From the NCBI GenBank assembly GCA_963724565.1, contig CAVRVK010000007.1, positions 308,160-372,159 of the forward strand: DNA of 64,000 nt. The letters are read 5' to 3'. How positions within the stretch are numbered: position 1 is the stretch's first letter; each line of letters opens with the position of its first letter. This document shows positions 30,495 to 40,140 of this stretch, one piece after another. The position numbers were made by a program, and so were the translations under genes. This DNA is from an uncultured Alphaproteobacteria bacterium. GTDB lineage: Bacteria > Pseudomonadota > Alphaproteobacteria > Rhizobiales > Hyphomicrobiaceae. Below the pieces are notes generated by a model. The model was not told the origin of the DNA, searched no databases, and worked only from the letters and a program-made list of their open reading frames with translations.

Positions 30495-33107
30495 GTGTAT
30501 TGCGTTGAGGCTGCAATGGCGCATTCACCCATCGTTGACGGGTCGGCGGGCAGCGTTGCCTGTCCTACCGAGGCGGGCGGCAAGCCACAGGTTGGCGGCG
30601 ATCCAGCACCATCGGCGCCGGTCTCTGCGCGTTTGCGCGAGACGCTTCACCATCAGGATGTGACCGGCGAAAGAGCGATCGCGATCGCGCAAGGGGTGAT
30701 CGCGCTGTTCGTCCTCGGGCTGCACTTGATGGCCCAGTTTCGCTCGGGGCTGCAGCTCGGCAACCCGTGGGTGGTGCTGACGCTGTCCGCGCTGGCCGCC
30801 AGCTCGATATTGCGCCTGCGTCTGACCCAGGCAAGAGAGCTTCCAGAGCGCGTGCTGGATGCGCTCAACGTCGTCGATATCGTGATCTTCCTCGGGCTGA
30901 TCTGGAGCTACCAGTTCGCCTATCAGCACCCGGCCGGTGGCGTGCTGAAAGCGCCGTCGCTCGCCCTGCTGTTCGTCTTGGTTGCCGCACGCGCTTTGCG
31001 ATTCCACCCTCGACCCGTATTGGTGGCCGGCGCGGCTGCCGTGCTTGGGTTGGCGGCCATCGTGGTGTCGGCCGCGGTTCAAGACGGCGCTTCTGCAATC
31101 ACCCGCAGCTACCTCGGCTATTTGACATCGCACCACATCCTGATTGGGGCCGAGGTCGAACGACTGACCGCGCTTGGCGCCCTCATCACGCTGCTCGCAT
31201 TGGCCACCTACAAGGCACGCGAGATCCTGTCCCATTCCGCGCACGCCTCGGACTATGCCGAAGCGCTCGACACCGCCCGCCGCCACCTCAGCGACGCGAC
31301 CCGCGCGCGTACGAGGGCGGAGGCCGCGCTGGTCGAGCTCGACCGGCGCAGGCAAGAGCGCGAACAGCTCAACGCGCAACTCGAGCAGCACAACCAGCTC
31401 CTCAAGCAGCAGGAGGCGCAGCGGCGCACGCAGAACCTGCAGTTGGATGCGGCGCTCAACAACATCGTACAAGGTCTGGCGATGTTCGATAGCGAGCACC
31501 GCCTCGTGCTTTGCAACAGCCGCTACCTCGAAATATACGGCCTGAGGCCGGAGCATGTGCAGCCTGGCACCACTCTGCGCCAGATCATCGAGCACCGCAT
31601 TGCCAACGGACTGAAGTCGGAGATGTCGGCCGACGCCATCGTCGACGGCATGCTGCGCCGTCGCAACGACAACCAGTTCGAGCTCTTCTACTCTCAGCTC
31701 GGCGACGGCCGCTGCATCGCCGTAACGGTACGGCCGATGGCGGACGGCGGTACAGTCACCACACATCAGGACATCACCGAGCAGCGCCGCTCCGAGGCCA
31801 AGATCGCTCATATGGCGCACCATGATGCGCTTACGGGCTTGCCCAACAGGGTCCTGCTCGGCCGGCAGCTCGACCTCGCCCTGGCGCGCGTCAAGCGTGG
31901 CGAAGTCGTTGCCGCGCATTTCCTCGATTTGGATCGCTTCAAGAACGTCAACGACAGTCTCGGCCACGCCGCAGGCGACAAGCTGCTGAAGTTGGTAGCG
32001 GAGCGTCTGCGCTCGCTCGTGCGCGACTCCGACACGATCGCCCGCATGGGCGGCGACGAGTTCGCCATTCTGCAAACCGGCGTGGCCCAGCCGGCCGACG
32101 CCGGCGCGATTGCCCAGCGTGTCATAGAGGTGGTGAGCGAGCCCTACGAGATCGAAGGCCAACAGGTCGATATCGGCACCAGCATCGGCATCGCCATCGG
32201 GCCCGGCGACGGGGCCGAGCCCGGCCAACTGATGCGCAACGCCGACCTGGCCCTCTACCGCGCAAAGAGCGAGGGTCGCGGGGCCTTCCGCTTCTTCGAG
32301 CCGGAGATGGATGCGCAGATGCAGGAGCGCCGCAACATGGAGCGCGATCTGCGCGCGGCGCTGCCTGCCGGCCAGTTCGAGCTGCACTACCAGCCCATAG
32401 TCAACCTGGAAACCAACACCATCAGCGCTTTCGAGGCGCTGATCCGCTGGCGTCATCCGGACAAGGGCCTCATCGCCCCAGGCCAGTTCATCGGACTGGC
32501 GGAGGAGATCGGCTTCATCGTGCCGCTCGGGGAGTGGGTGCTGCGCCGAGCGTGCGCAACGGCCGCGACCTGGCCCGGCGATCTGAAGGTTGCGGTCAAT
32601 CTGTCGCCCGCGCAGTTTCGCAGCCCCGGGCTCGTGCAGGTGGTGGTGAGCGCGCTCGCATCATCGGGCCTGCCAGCCAGTCGTCTGGAGCTCGAGATCA
32701 CCGAGACCATCCTGCTGCAGGACAACGAGACGACACTCGCGATGCTCTTCCAGCTGCGCGAGCTCGGCGTGCTCATTGCCATGGACGACTTCGGCACGGG
32801 CTACTCCTCCCTCAGCTATTTGCAGAGCTTCCCCTTCGATCGCATCAAGATCGATCGCTCGTTCATCAAGAACATCGGCGATGGCGCCGGCGCGATCAAC
32901 ATCGTGCGCGCCGTGGTGGCGATGGCCAAGGGCCTCGGCATGGCCACGACCGCGGAGGGCGTGGAGACGACCGAGCAGCGCGAGTCGGTGACGTTGGAGG
33001 GCTGCAGCGAGATGCAGGGCTTCCTGTTCAGCAAGCCGCTGCCGGCCGACGAGATCGCGGGCCTGTACTTGGCGCAGCGCGAGAACAAAGCGACGTCCGC
33101 GGCCTAG
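30495..33107 (+). CDS. membrane-anchored PAS-GGDEF-EAL protein (diguanylate cyclase/phosphodiesterase)
   Basis: Intact 870-aa ORF (alternative ATG 30516). About 5-6 TM helices, a coiled coil, a PAS-like block (LDAALNNIVQGLAMFD...), RMGGDEFAIL, EALIRW, DDFGTGYSSLSYL. Confidence 0.9.
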   Translation: MYCVEAAMAHSPIVDGSAGSVACPTEAGGKPQVGGDPAPSAPVSARLRETLHHQDVTGERAIAIAQGVIALFVLGLHLMAQFRSGLQLGNPWVVLTLSALAASSILRLRLTQARELPERVLDALNVVDIVIFLGLIWSYQFAYQHPAGGVLKAPSLALLFVLVAARALRFHPRPVLVAGAAAVLGLAAIVVSAAVQDGASAITRSYLGYLTSHHILIGAEVERLTALGALITLLALATYKAREILSHSAHASDYAEALDTARRHLSDATRARTRAEAALVELDRRRQEREQLNAQLEQHNQLLKQQEAQRRTQNLQLDAALNNIVQGLAMFDSEHRLVLCNSRYLEIYGLRPEHVQPGTTLRQIIEHRIANGLKSEMSADAIVDGMLRRRNDNQFELFYSQLGDGRCIAVTVRPMADGGTVTTHQDITEQRRSEAKIAHMAHHDALTGLPNRVLLGRQLDLALARVKRGEVVAAHFLDLDRFKNVNDSLGHAAGDKLLKLVAERLRSLVRDSDTIARMGGDEFAILQTGVAQPADAGAIAQRVIEVVSEPYEIEGQQVDIGTSIGIAIGPGDGAEPGQLMRNADLALYRAKSEGRGAFRFFEPEMDAQMQERRNMERDLRAALPAGQFELHYQPIVNLETNTISAFEALIRWRHPDKGLIAPGQFIGLAEEIGFIVPLGEWVLRRACATAATWPGDLKVAVNLSPAQFRSPGLVQVVVSALASSGLPASRLELEITETILLQDNETTLAMLFQLRELGVLIAMDDFGTGYSSLSYLQSFPFDRIKIDRSFIKNIGDGAGAINIVRAVVAMAKGLGMATTAEGVETTEQRESVTLEGCSEMQGFLFSKPLPADEIAGLYLAQRENKATSAA

Positions 33108-33234
33108 CGGCTTTGCCCCGTATCCCGCCGCACGCTGTTCGCTCTTTGTTACGGAAGTGCGCCGCGTACACTCCTGTGCAACAATTGCTGCGCATCGACA
33201 CCTGGCGCGGACACAAGGCGGGTAGACGGCAGCA

Positions 33235-34302
33235 ATGACACCGCAGAACTCTCGCGCCTCCCGCCAGGAGCACGGCCCCAACCAGAAGCCCGTCAATCTC
33301 GCGCTGCAAGGCGGAGGTGCGCACGGCGCCTTTGCCTGGGGCGTTCTCGACAGGCTTGCCGAAGACGGCCGGCTCTCGATCGCCGCGATCAGCGCCACCA
33401 GCGCCGGCGCCATGAACGGGGTGGTGTTCGCCTATGGGATTGCCGTTGGCGGCCCCGATGGCGCGCGCCAGAAGCTGCACGAATTCTGGCAGCAGGTATC
33501 GATAGCCGGCAACCTCTACAGCCCCGTGCGCTCTTTTCCATGGGAGCGGTGGCTGCAGGCGAACGGATTGGGGTCCGAGCTGTCACCGGCGTTCTTCGCC
33601 TTCCAGGCGATGACGCATCTGTTCTCGCCCTACCAACTCAATCCCTTCAACTTCAACCCGTTGAAGGATGTGCTGGCGCAAACGGTGGATTTCGAGCTGC
33701 TGCGCAACAGTGCCGCCGCACCGCGGCTGTTTCTCTCGGCCACCAACGTGCGCACCGGCAAGATCAAGGTGTTCGACAACGCCACGATCACGCCCGACGT
33801 CGTGCTGGCCTCCGCCTGCCTCCCCTATATCTTCCAGGCCGTGGAAATCGATGGCGAGCACTATTGGGACGGCGGCTTCATGGGAAATCCGGCGATCTTT
33901 CCGCTCATCTACGAAGGCGGCTCCAAGGACGTCATCATCGTCCACATCAACCCGATCGAGCGCAACAAACTTCCCACCACTGCCTCCGAGATCTTCGACC
34001 GCATGAACGAGATCAGCTTCAACTCCTCGCTGATGCGCGAGATGCGCGCCGTGGCCTTCGTCACCAGGCTGATCGACGACAACGCCCTGGACCCTGCCAA
34101 GTACAGCCGCATGCTGATCCACTCGATCAGTGACGACGCGGCTATGACCGCGCTAGGCGTGGCGACTAAGCTCAACCCCGACTGGGACTTCCTGTGCCGC
34201 TTGCGCGACGCCGGCCGCAGCAGGGCCAGCGAATGGCTGGAGCGCAACCTCGACAAGGTCGGCAACGCCTCCACGGTCGATCTCACGGAGGTATTCCTGT
34301 AG
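33235..34302 (+). CDS. patatin-like phospholipase family protein
   Basis: Intact 355 aa. Oxyanion loop LQGGGAHGAF, nucleophile elbow SATSAGA (Ala in place of the first Gly of GxSxG), catalytic Asp in YWDGGF. Confidence 0.85.
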   Translation: MTPQNSRASRQEHGPNQKPVNLALQGGGAHGAFAWGVLDRLAEDGRLSIAAISATSAGAMNGVVFAYGIAVGGPDGARQKLHEFWQQVSIAGNLYSPVRSFPWERWLQANGLGSELSPAFFAFQAMTHLFSPYQLNPFNFNPLKDVLAQTVDFELLRNSAAAPRLFLSATNVRTGKIKVFDNATITPDVVLASACLPYIFQAVEIDGEHYWDGGFMGNPAIFPLIYEGGSKDVIIVHINPIERNKLPTTASEIFDRMNEISFNSSLMREMRAVAFVTRLIDDNALDPAKYSRMLIHSISDDAAMTALGVATKLNPDWDFLCRLRDAGRSRASEWLERNLDKVGNASTVDLTEVFL

Positions 34303-34437
34303 CCGCGCGCCAAGCGTCTGCGACAGGGTTAAGCCGGTATTGAAGACGAAGGTCGGACTTTATGGGTCCCCTTCGCCGGGCATTGATCCCCCCGTGGCAT
34401 GCTGACTGCGGAGCTTGGGCAATCCCGGAGGGGGCGG

Positions 34438-34803
34438 ATGAGGCTCTACATTACAGTCGCAATCCTGACGTTCCTCGGCAGCCTCGGCGTCTACTCGGCG
34501 ACGCAAATGACCGGCGTCGCCAATGCGATCGGCGCCGGCGGCACGGGCAGCGGCGTGAGCTATGCGGCGCTGTTCAGGAACCTCAACCCGCTGACGCTGC
34601 TCCAGCGCGAGCGGGTGCTGGCAGCAGTCAGCTCAAGCGAAGGCATTCCTCGGATGGAGCCGTTTCGCTCAAACTTCGACGCTTCGACCGCCTGGCGCAG
34701 CATACAGCCGCCGAAGATCACCATCGACACGCGCGCCTTTACTCCCCCGCAGGTCAGGGTACCCCAAGTCTACACCCCGCCAGCCTACCGGCCCTACAGG
34801 TAG
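34438..34803 (+). CDS. small single-pass membrane protein, hypothetical
   Basis: ATG 34438 after GGAGGGGG. MRLYITVAILTFLGSLGVYSA TM helix and a Pro-rich tail (PPQVRVPQVYTPPAYRPYR). Lies 37 nt upstream of the M48 peptidase gene. Confidence 0.45.
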   Translation: MRLYITVAILTFLGSLGVYSATQMTGVANAIGAGGTGSGVSYAALFRNLNPLTLLQRERVLAAVSSSEGIPRMEPFRSNFDASTAWRSIQPPKITIDTRAFTPPQVRVPQVYTPPAYRPYR

Positions 34804-34840
34804 CAATCGCGGGCTCACATAGGACAGGGACGGGCGTACA

Positions 34841-35990
34841 ATGTTGCCAGCGTATGGACTGTACGGCCACATCCGCAACAACAACATCAAGTCGGCGGTG
34901 CTGCTGGCGACGTTCGCCGTCTACGTGGCGCTGCTCTGGTTCGTCCTGTGCCTCGTCTGGGTCGGCCTCAACGCCAAGTTCGAGCTCCATCATCTTCAAG
35001 CTGGCCCACAACCACCAGCCCACGTTCACCCAACTGCTGAACCTCGTGCTGTCGAGAAGCGTGGACTGGGCGCTATGTTACGCCTTCGTGCCTGTTGCCA
35101 TCGTCGCCACCTGGTTCGCCATCGCCTTCGCCTCGCACAAGGCGATGATCAGGGCTGGGACCGGCGCCAAGCCGATCGTGCGCAGCCTGGAGTTCGACCT
35201 TTACAACCTGGTCGAGAATCTCGCGATCTGCGCTGGTCTGCCCATGCCGGCGGTGGAGATCATCGAAACGGATGCGCTCAATGCCTACGCCAGCGGGCTC
35301 GGCACTACCGATGCCACGGTGGCGGTCACACGCGGGCTGCTCGAGACCCTCGCCAAGGACGAGCTCGAGGCGGTGCTGGCGCACGAGATCACCCACATCA
35401 AGAACCGCGACGTGCGGCTGATGGTGGTGGCGATCATCTTCGTCGGCATTCTGTCCTACTCGGCGCAGATTCTGCTGCGCGCGATCTGGAACAGGCGGCC
35501 GGGTCAGGGGCTTGGCCTACCGGAGCTTGCCCTCTTCGCGCTGGCGAGCGCGGTGGCAGGTCTTGCGTACCTGTTCGGCATGCTCACGCAGTTTGCGCTG
35601 TCGCGCACGCGCGAGTTCCTGGCGGACGCCGGCTCCGCACAGCTGACCAAGAAGCCAGAGGCCTTGATCTCGGCCCTGCGCGCCATTTCGGGGCGTGACG
35701 AGATTCCCGGTGTGCCGGAATCGCTGCGCGCCATGATGATCTCCTCACGCCTCGATGGCCTGTTCGCGACGCATCCCCCCGTTGAGGAGCGCATTGCCGC
35801 GCTCGAGCGCTACGCTGGCGCAGCGGTGGCCTCCACGGCACTGCCTCGCCGCCGCGGTACCGTCACTGCGCGGGCCGATGCATACTCGGGCGAACCGACA
35901 CATGCGCTCGGAATGTCGCCTTTGCAGGCGCCGGTGCAGTTCGGACGCCGCAAAGCGCGGCCCACCGCCCAGCTCACGCAAGCCACGTAG
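34841..35990 (+). pseudogene. M48 family metallopeptidase (HtpX-like paralog), one frame switch
   Basis: ORF 34841.. (MLPAYGLYGHIRNNNIKSAVLL...) joins ORF 34362..35990 near ~34990. AHEITHIKNRD zinc motif, REFLADAGSA, THPPVEERIAAL. Confidence 0.8.
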
Positions 35991-36035
35991 GCGGGCGTCG
36001 TTCATCCTTGGCCGCGCCAGCAGCGCTCTCTATAG

Positions 36036-36776
36036 ATGCCGCCCATGCCCAGGGTGGACATGGAGCGGCTGCTAAGACGTGCGCGTTGGCCGCGCGTGCT
36101 CCTGTTCGTCGCGGTCGCCGCCGGCACCGCGCTCGCCTTTCGCCAGGGCCTGGTCATGCCGGCCCTCAACCCGCTGCCGCCGATCGACTTGGCCCAACCG
36201 GGCCAATGGCTGATCGACTGGCGCCTCGCCAGCATCAGGCGTCACCCCGACGTCTGCGCGCGCACGCTGAAGGGGCCGCACATCGAGGCGCAGCAGATCC
36301 CCGACAGTCCCATAGTGGACGGCTGCGGCTGGACCAACGGTGTCCGCCTCGCCGCGGCAGGTGGCGTGCGCGCTGGCTTCGACAGGGTCACGTGCGAAAC
36401 TGCCGTCGCCTTGGCGCTGTGGCTCGAGCAAGAGGTGCAGCCCACCGCCCGGCAGCTGTTCGGCCAGCCCGTGCGCTCCATCCAGAGCTATGGCAGTTAC
36501 GCCTGCCGCAACATCATCGGCAACCCGCTGTGGGCCAAGGTGCGCAGCCAGCACGCCACCGCCAACGCGGTGGACATCGCCGGCTTCACCCTGGCGGACG
36601 GCCGGTCGATCAGCGTGCGTGCCCACTGGCACGCCGAAACCGACTTGGGACGGTTCCTACGCACCGTGCACAGCCGCGCCTGCCCCTATTTCCGCGTGGT
36701 GATTGGACCCAACTACAACGCCGCTCATCACAACCACTTCCACCTCGACCGCGGTCCACTTTCGCTCTGCAGGTAG
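36036..36776 (+). CDS. extensin-like C-terminal domain protein
   Basis: Intact 246 aa. N-terminal TM, then CRNIIGNPLWAKVRSQHATANAVDIAGF and NAAHHNHFHLD, as recalled for the bacterial extensin-like family. Confidence 0.7.
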   Translation: MPPMPRVDMERLLRRARWPRVLLFVAVAAGTALAFRQGLVMPALNPLPPIDLAQPGQWLIDWRLASIRRHPDVCARTLKGPHIEAQQIPDSPIVDGCGWTNGVRLAAAGGVRAGFDRVTCETAVALALWLEQEVQPTARQLFGQPVRSIQSYGSYACRNIIGNPLWAKVRSQHATANAVDIAGFTLADGRSISVRAHWHAETDLGRFLRTVHSRACPYFRVVIGPNYNAAHHNHFHLDRGPLSLCR

Positions 36777-36857
36777 GCGGGCCAGGCAGTCGTGCCCTAT
36801 CGCCCCAGTGCGCTATACTTGTCGGGCACGCGTAGCCTCCATCTAGGGAAGAGAACC

Positions 36858-37802
36858 GTGATCATCGAAAAGCAAGCAGACGTCACCAAGGCCGTGCTCG
36901 GCGAAATCGCGCGGGCCCCCAATGCCCGCTTCAGGGAGGTGATGAGCGCGTTCGTGCGCCACATGCACGACTTCGCCCGCGAGGTTCACCTCACCGAGGA
37001 GGAGCTGCGCACGGCGGCCAACTACGTGGTGGCGCTCGGCAAGCAGACCAGCGACACCCACAACGAGGCGATCCTGATGGCGGGCTCGCTCGGGCTTTCC
37101 TCGCTCGTCTGCCTCCTCAACAACGGCGACAACGGCCAGACCGAGACGGATGCAAGCCTGCTCGGGCCGTTCTGGCGCATGCATTCGCCGCGCACCGAAA
37201 ACGGCGGCACGATCGTGCGCTCGCCGACGCCGGGCGCTGTGCTGTTCGTCAAGGCGTGGTTCAAGGACAAGGCCGGACGGCCCATCGCGGGGGCCGAGGT
37301 CGACATCTGGCAGTCATCGACCGAAGGCTTCTACGAGAACCAGGACCCGGCTCAGGCCGACATGAACCTGCGCGGCAAGTTCTTCACCGACAGCGACGGC
37401 TACATGGCCTTTCGCAGCATCAAGCCCGCGGGCTATCCGATCCCCGTCGACGGCCCCGTCGGCGAGCTGCTGCGTGCGCAGGGCCGCCACAACATGCGGC
37501 CAGCGCACCTGCATTTCCTCGCCAGCAAGGACGGCTTCAAGACGCTGATCTCGCAGATTTACGTCAGCGACGACCCCAACCTCGACAGCGACGTGCAGTT
37601 CGGCGTCACGCGCCACCTGATCGGCAACTACGTGCGCCACGACAGCGGGGAGCCGCCGGCCCCGGATGTCAAAGGACCGTGGTACACGCTGGAGCACACC
37701 TTCGTCATGGAGGCCGGCCAATCCAAGCTGCCGCGCGCACCGATCCAGGGCAAAGCGTCCGGCGAGCGACCGGAACTGCCGGTGCTGCAGCGGCGGCCCT
37801 AG
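36858..37802 (+). CDS. intradiol ring-cleavage dioxygenase, hydroxyquinol 1,2-dioxygenase-like
   Basis: Intact; GTG 36858 within ORF 36792..37802. N-terminal helical domain (VRHMHDFAREVHLTEEE), LLGPFW, EVDIWQSSTEGFYENQ, GYPIP, RPAHLHF. Confidence 0.8.
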   Translation: MIIEKQADVTKAVLGEIARAPNARFREVMSAFVRHMHDFAREVHLTEEELRTAANYVVALGKQTSDTHNEAILMAGSLGLSSLVCLLNNGDNGQTETDASLLGPFWRMHSPRTENGGTIVRSPTPGAVLFVKAWFKDKAGRPIAGAEVDIWQSSTEGFYENQDPAQADMNLRGKFFTDSDGYMAFRSIKPAGYPIPVDGPVGELLRAQGRHNMRPAHLHFLASKDGFKTLISQIYVSDDPNLDSDVQFGVTRHLIGNYVRHDSGEPPAPDVKGPWYTLEHTFVMEAGQSKLPRAPIQGKASGERPELPVLQRRP

Positions 37803-37835
37803 TTCGAGCTGAGGTGGTCGAAGCGGGGGGCGGCG

Positions 37836-38402
37836 ATGGCCATGCTCAACAGGCAGGACGGCTATGGATCGCTGACCAAGGTGCTGCACTGGCTGGTGGT
37901 CGCCCTGTTCGCGTTCCAGTACACCGCCGCCAACATCATGCTGGGCATGGACGAAAAGGGCCTGGTGCTCGGATTGCGCCAGGACACCTATTACAACTGG
38001 CACAAGTCGATCGGATTGGTGGCGCTGCTGGTCGCCGCGCTGCGGGTGCTCGCGCGGCGCAGCGGGCGGCTGCCGGATTGGGCGCCGACGTTGAGCGAGG
38101 GCGAGCGCACATTCATCCATCGCGCCGAACAGGTGCTCTACACGGCCATGTTCGTGATGCCGACCAGCGGCTTTCTCTACGTCATGGCCGCCGGTTACGG
38201 GATCAATCTGTTCGGCGTCTGGAACCTGCCGAACCCGATCGGCGACTGGCCAGCTCTCGGCACAGTCGCCAAGTGGACGCACATCGTCGCCGCCTACGTG
38301 CTGGCGCTCACGCTCTCGGGCCATCTTGGGCTGGTGCTGTGGCACACGCTGGTGCTGCGGGATGGCCTGCTCCTGCGCATGCTGCCGCGGCGTGATGCCT
38401 AG
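37836..38402 (+). CDS. cytochrome b561 family protein
   Basis: Intact 188 aa. Four TM helices with conserved His positions (LHWLVVALF, NWHKSIG, WTHIVAAYV). Confidence 0.8.
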   Translation: MAMLNRQDGYGSLTKVLHWLVVALFAFQYTAANIMLGMDEKGLVLGLRQDTYYNWHKSIGLVALLVAALRVLARRSGRLPDWAPTLSEGERTFIHRAEQVLYTAMFVMPTSGFLYVMAAGYGINLFGVWNLPNPIGDWPALGTVAKWTHIVAAYVLALTLSGHLGLVLWHTLVLRDGLLLRMLPRRDA

Positions 38403-38437
38403 CACTGCCTCTGCCCGCCTGCGGGGAAGGGACAGCG

Positions 38438-38646
38438 TCACACCTTGTTCAGGATCGAGATGTCGCTATCGTCCCGATAGGCGTCGTCCTTCCAGCCGTC
38501 CTCGTCGTAGTCGGCCATGCACTGGTCGGCGAACGCCTCCATGGCCTTGAGATCGCCCGAGCCCTGCGCCTGGAACAGCGGGAACAGGCGTACCGGCTCG
38601 TGGCTGCCGGCGTAGTTCATCTCGTAGAACTCGTGGCGCGCGCCGA
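38438..38646 (-). pseudogene. 3'-terminal remnant (last 68 codons) of an HpaB-family oxygenase gene
   Basis: GARHEFYEMNYAGSHEPVRLFPLFQAQGSGDLKAMEAFADQCMADYDEDGWKDDAYRDDSDISILNKV* is about 90% identical at nucleotide level, by eye, to the 3' end of the intact gene at 40141..41700. Homology stops abruptly at 38646. Confidence 0.75.
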
Positions 38647-38702
38647 TCCAGGGCAAAGCGTCCGGCGAGCGACCGCAGCTCCCCATCCTGGAGCGGCGCT
38701 GA
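38643..38702 (+). pseudogene. 3'-terminal remnant (last 19 codons) of a hydroxyquinol-dioxygenase-like gene
   Basis: The 33-mer ccgatccagggcaaagcgtccggcgagcgaccg is identical to 37740..37772. It reads PIQGKASGERPQLPILERR*, compared with PIQGKASGERPELPVLQRRP* in the intact gene. Confidence 0.65.
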
Positions 38703-38730
38703 GGAGCGGCGCAGCCAGTCGCCGCCCCTC

Positions 38731-39816
38731 TCACGGAGAAATGAAGGGAATTTCCTTTCTGGGAGCGTCGCGACAGCAGGGCTCGGTGCGAAGCTTGCCG
38801 TAGGCCGTGAACAGTGTCGATCCGGCATCTCCGGAGCGCTCCATGTACTCCTCGAGCAGGGGGGCGCTGCACGCGCGCCAGGCCGCGACATCCTCTGCGG
38901 GCAGCTGGACGACGCGCATCCCCTGCTGCAAGGCAAACGCGAACGCCTGCGCCCTGATCGTTACAAAGCGCGCCCACATGTAGTCTTGCGCGTCTTTCGC
39001 CACCTCGAGGAAGATCTTCTGATGCTCGGGCGAGAGCCTTTGCCATGCGCTGTCGTTGATCACGACCATGAACAGACTCGGCGCGTACCGCAGATCGACA
39101 ATCGTCTTGGCGACGCGCCACAGGTCACGCTCCTTGACGTTCATGATGTCGGCTGCGGCTGCCTCGACTGATCCGTTCTGCAGCGCAGTGAAGAGCGAGG
39201 CCGGTGAAACAGGAGTTGGAGCGCCTCCGCAGACCCTTACCAGGTCTCGCATCTGCTTGTCGGGGGCGCCGATGATGCGAGTAGCGATCGCTGCCGGATT
39301 GGTGGCGATGATGTTCCTCGCCAAGAGCACACTGGAGCCGTAAGGCTGCCACCACAGGACCCGTGCGCCGGTCCGATTGAGGATCTCGCTGTCGATCAGC
39401 GCTCGAATCTCGCTTTCCTGGCTGGTTGCTGCTTGGACGAGGGCATCGAAGTTGAACAGAAAGGGCTGCAGGAAGGCTTCTGCAAGCGGAACGTCGCTGG
39501 CGAACTGATTGAGCGGGGTCGCACCCATCTCGATCGTTCCAGAAGCGACCGCAGACACCACTCCTCGCTCGTCGAAGCGTTCATTCTCGCCCTGGATCTC
39601 GATCCTGATCACATCACCCGTCAGCGCCGCGATTTGGCGCGCAAACTCGCGGATGTTCTGGCCGGTGGGACTGTCGGACGAGATCGGCAACCCCAGGTGC
39701 AACGTGGAGGTCTGCGCGAGCGCCCGAGGCACCTCGGCCGCGCACAGTACCGCGACAAGCAAACAGAGAACGGTGCTGCATCCGCACGGCGTGTCTCTTG
39801 GTTTCCGTGCTGTCAA
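38731..39816 (-). CDS. DctP-type TRAP transporter substrate-binding protein (orphan, no DctQM nearby)
   Basis: Intact 361-aa ORF (TTG start as drawn; start uncertain). Signal-like N-terminus and DctP-like periplasmic domain by overall similarity. About 57% G+C in a hand-counted 60-mer. Confidence 0.65.
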   Translation of the reverse strand: MTARKPRDTPCGCSTVLCLLVAVLCAAEVPRALAQTSTLHLGLPISSDSPTGQNIREFARQIAALTGDVIRIEIQGENERFDERGVVSAVASGTIEMGATPLNQFASDVPLAEAFLQPFLFNFDALVQAATSQESEIRALIDSEILNRTGARVLWWQPYGSSVLLARNIIATNPAAIATRIIGAPDKQMRDLVRVCGGAPTPVSPASLFTALQNGSVEAAAADIMNVKERDLWRVAKTIVDLRYAPSLFMVVINDSAWQRLSPEHQKIFLEVAKDAQDYMWARFVTIRAQAFAFALQQGMRVVQLPAEDVAAWRACSAPLLEEYMERSGDAGSTLFTAYGKLRTEPCCRDAPRKEIPFISP

Positions 39817-40140
39817 CGGAGCACTCTCAGGATACAGTCGCTATGGCAGCTGGTCGTCGGGGAAGCGCGGGCGGCTGCCCAGGTAGATGTGCAGTTCGGC
39901 AATTGCTCAACGCGTCCATATGGTCACGGTAATTCCGTGACGAGAACATTCAAGTGTGTCGAACTTGTGGATGTTGTGATGCGCGACAACCTCGGTCCGT
40001 GCACGCAACAAGGAGGTTGAAACGGCCAGCAAGACAATCCCGGGTAGTGGCCGAGAAAGGCGTCGTAGCTTTGATTATCAGCTAGCTGCTTGTTCCGAGT
40101 TTGGCACTCTTGCGCCGTCGGGGCGCGGCATCTTTGTCAG

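Noticed and set aside
30525-32456. Very long antisense ORFs (for example 30525..32456 -, 643 aa; 60463..61923 -, 486 aa; 20245..21378 -; 21552..22697 -; 748..1647 -; 61936..63567 tail).
   Set aside because: They lie opposite genes with clear family signatures. They are Arg/Ala/Gly/Pro-rich with no motifs. Such ORFs are expected by chance at about 68-70% G+C.
38438-39121. 227-aa minus-strand ORF spanning the remnant region into the dctP 3' end.
   Set aside because: Only its last 68 residues are HpaB-like. The rest is antisense to the dioxygenase remnant and dctP, with junk composition.
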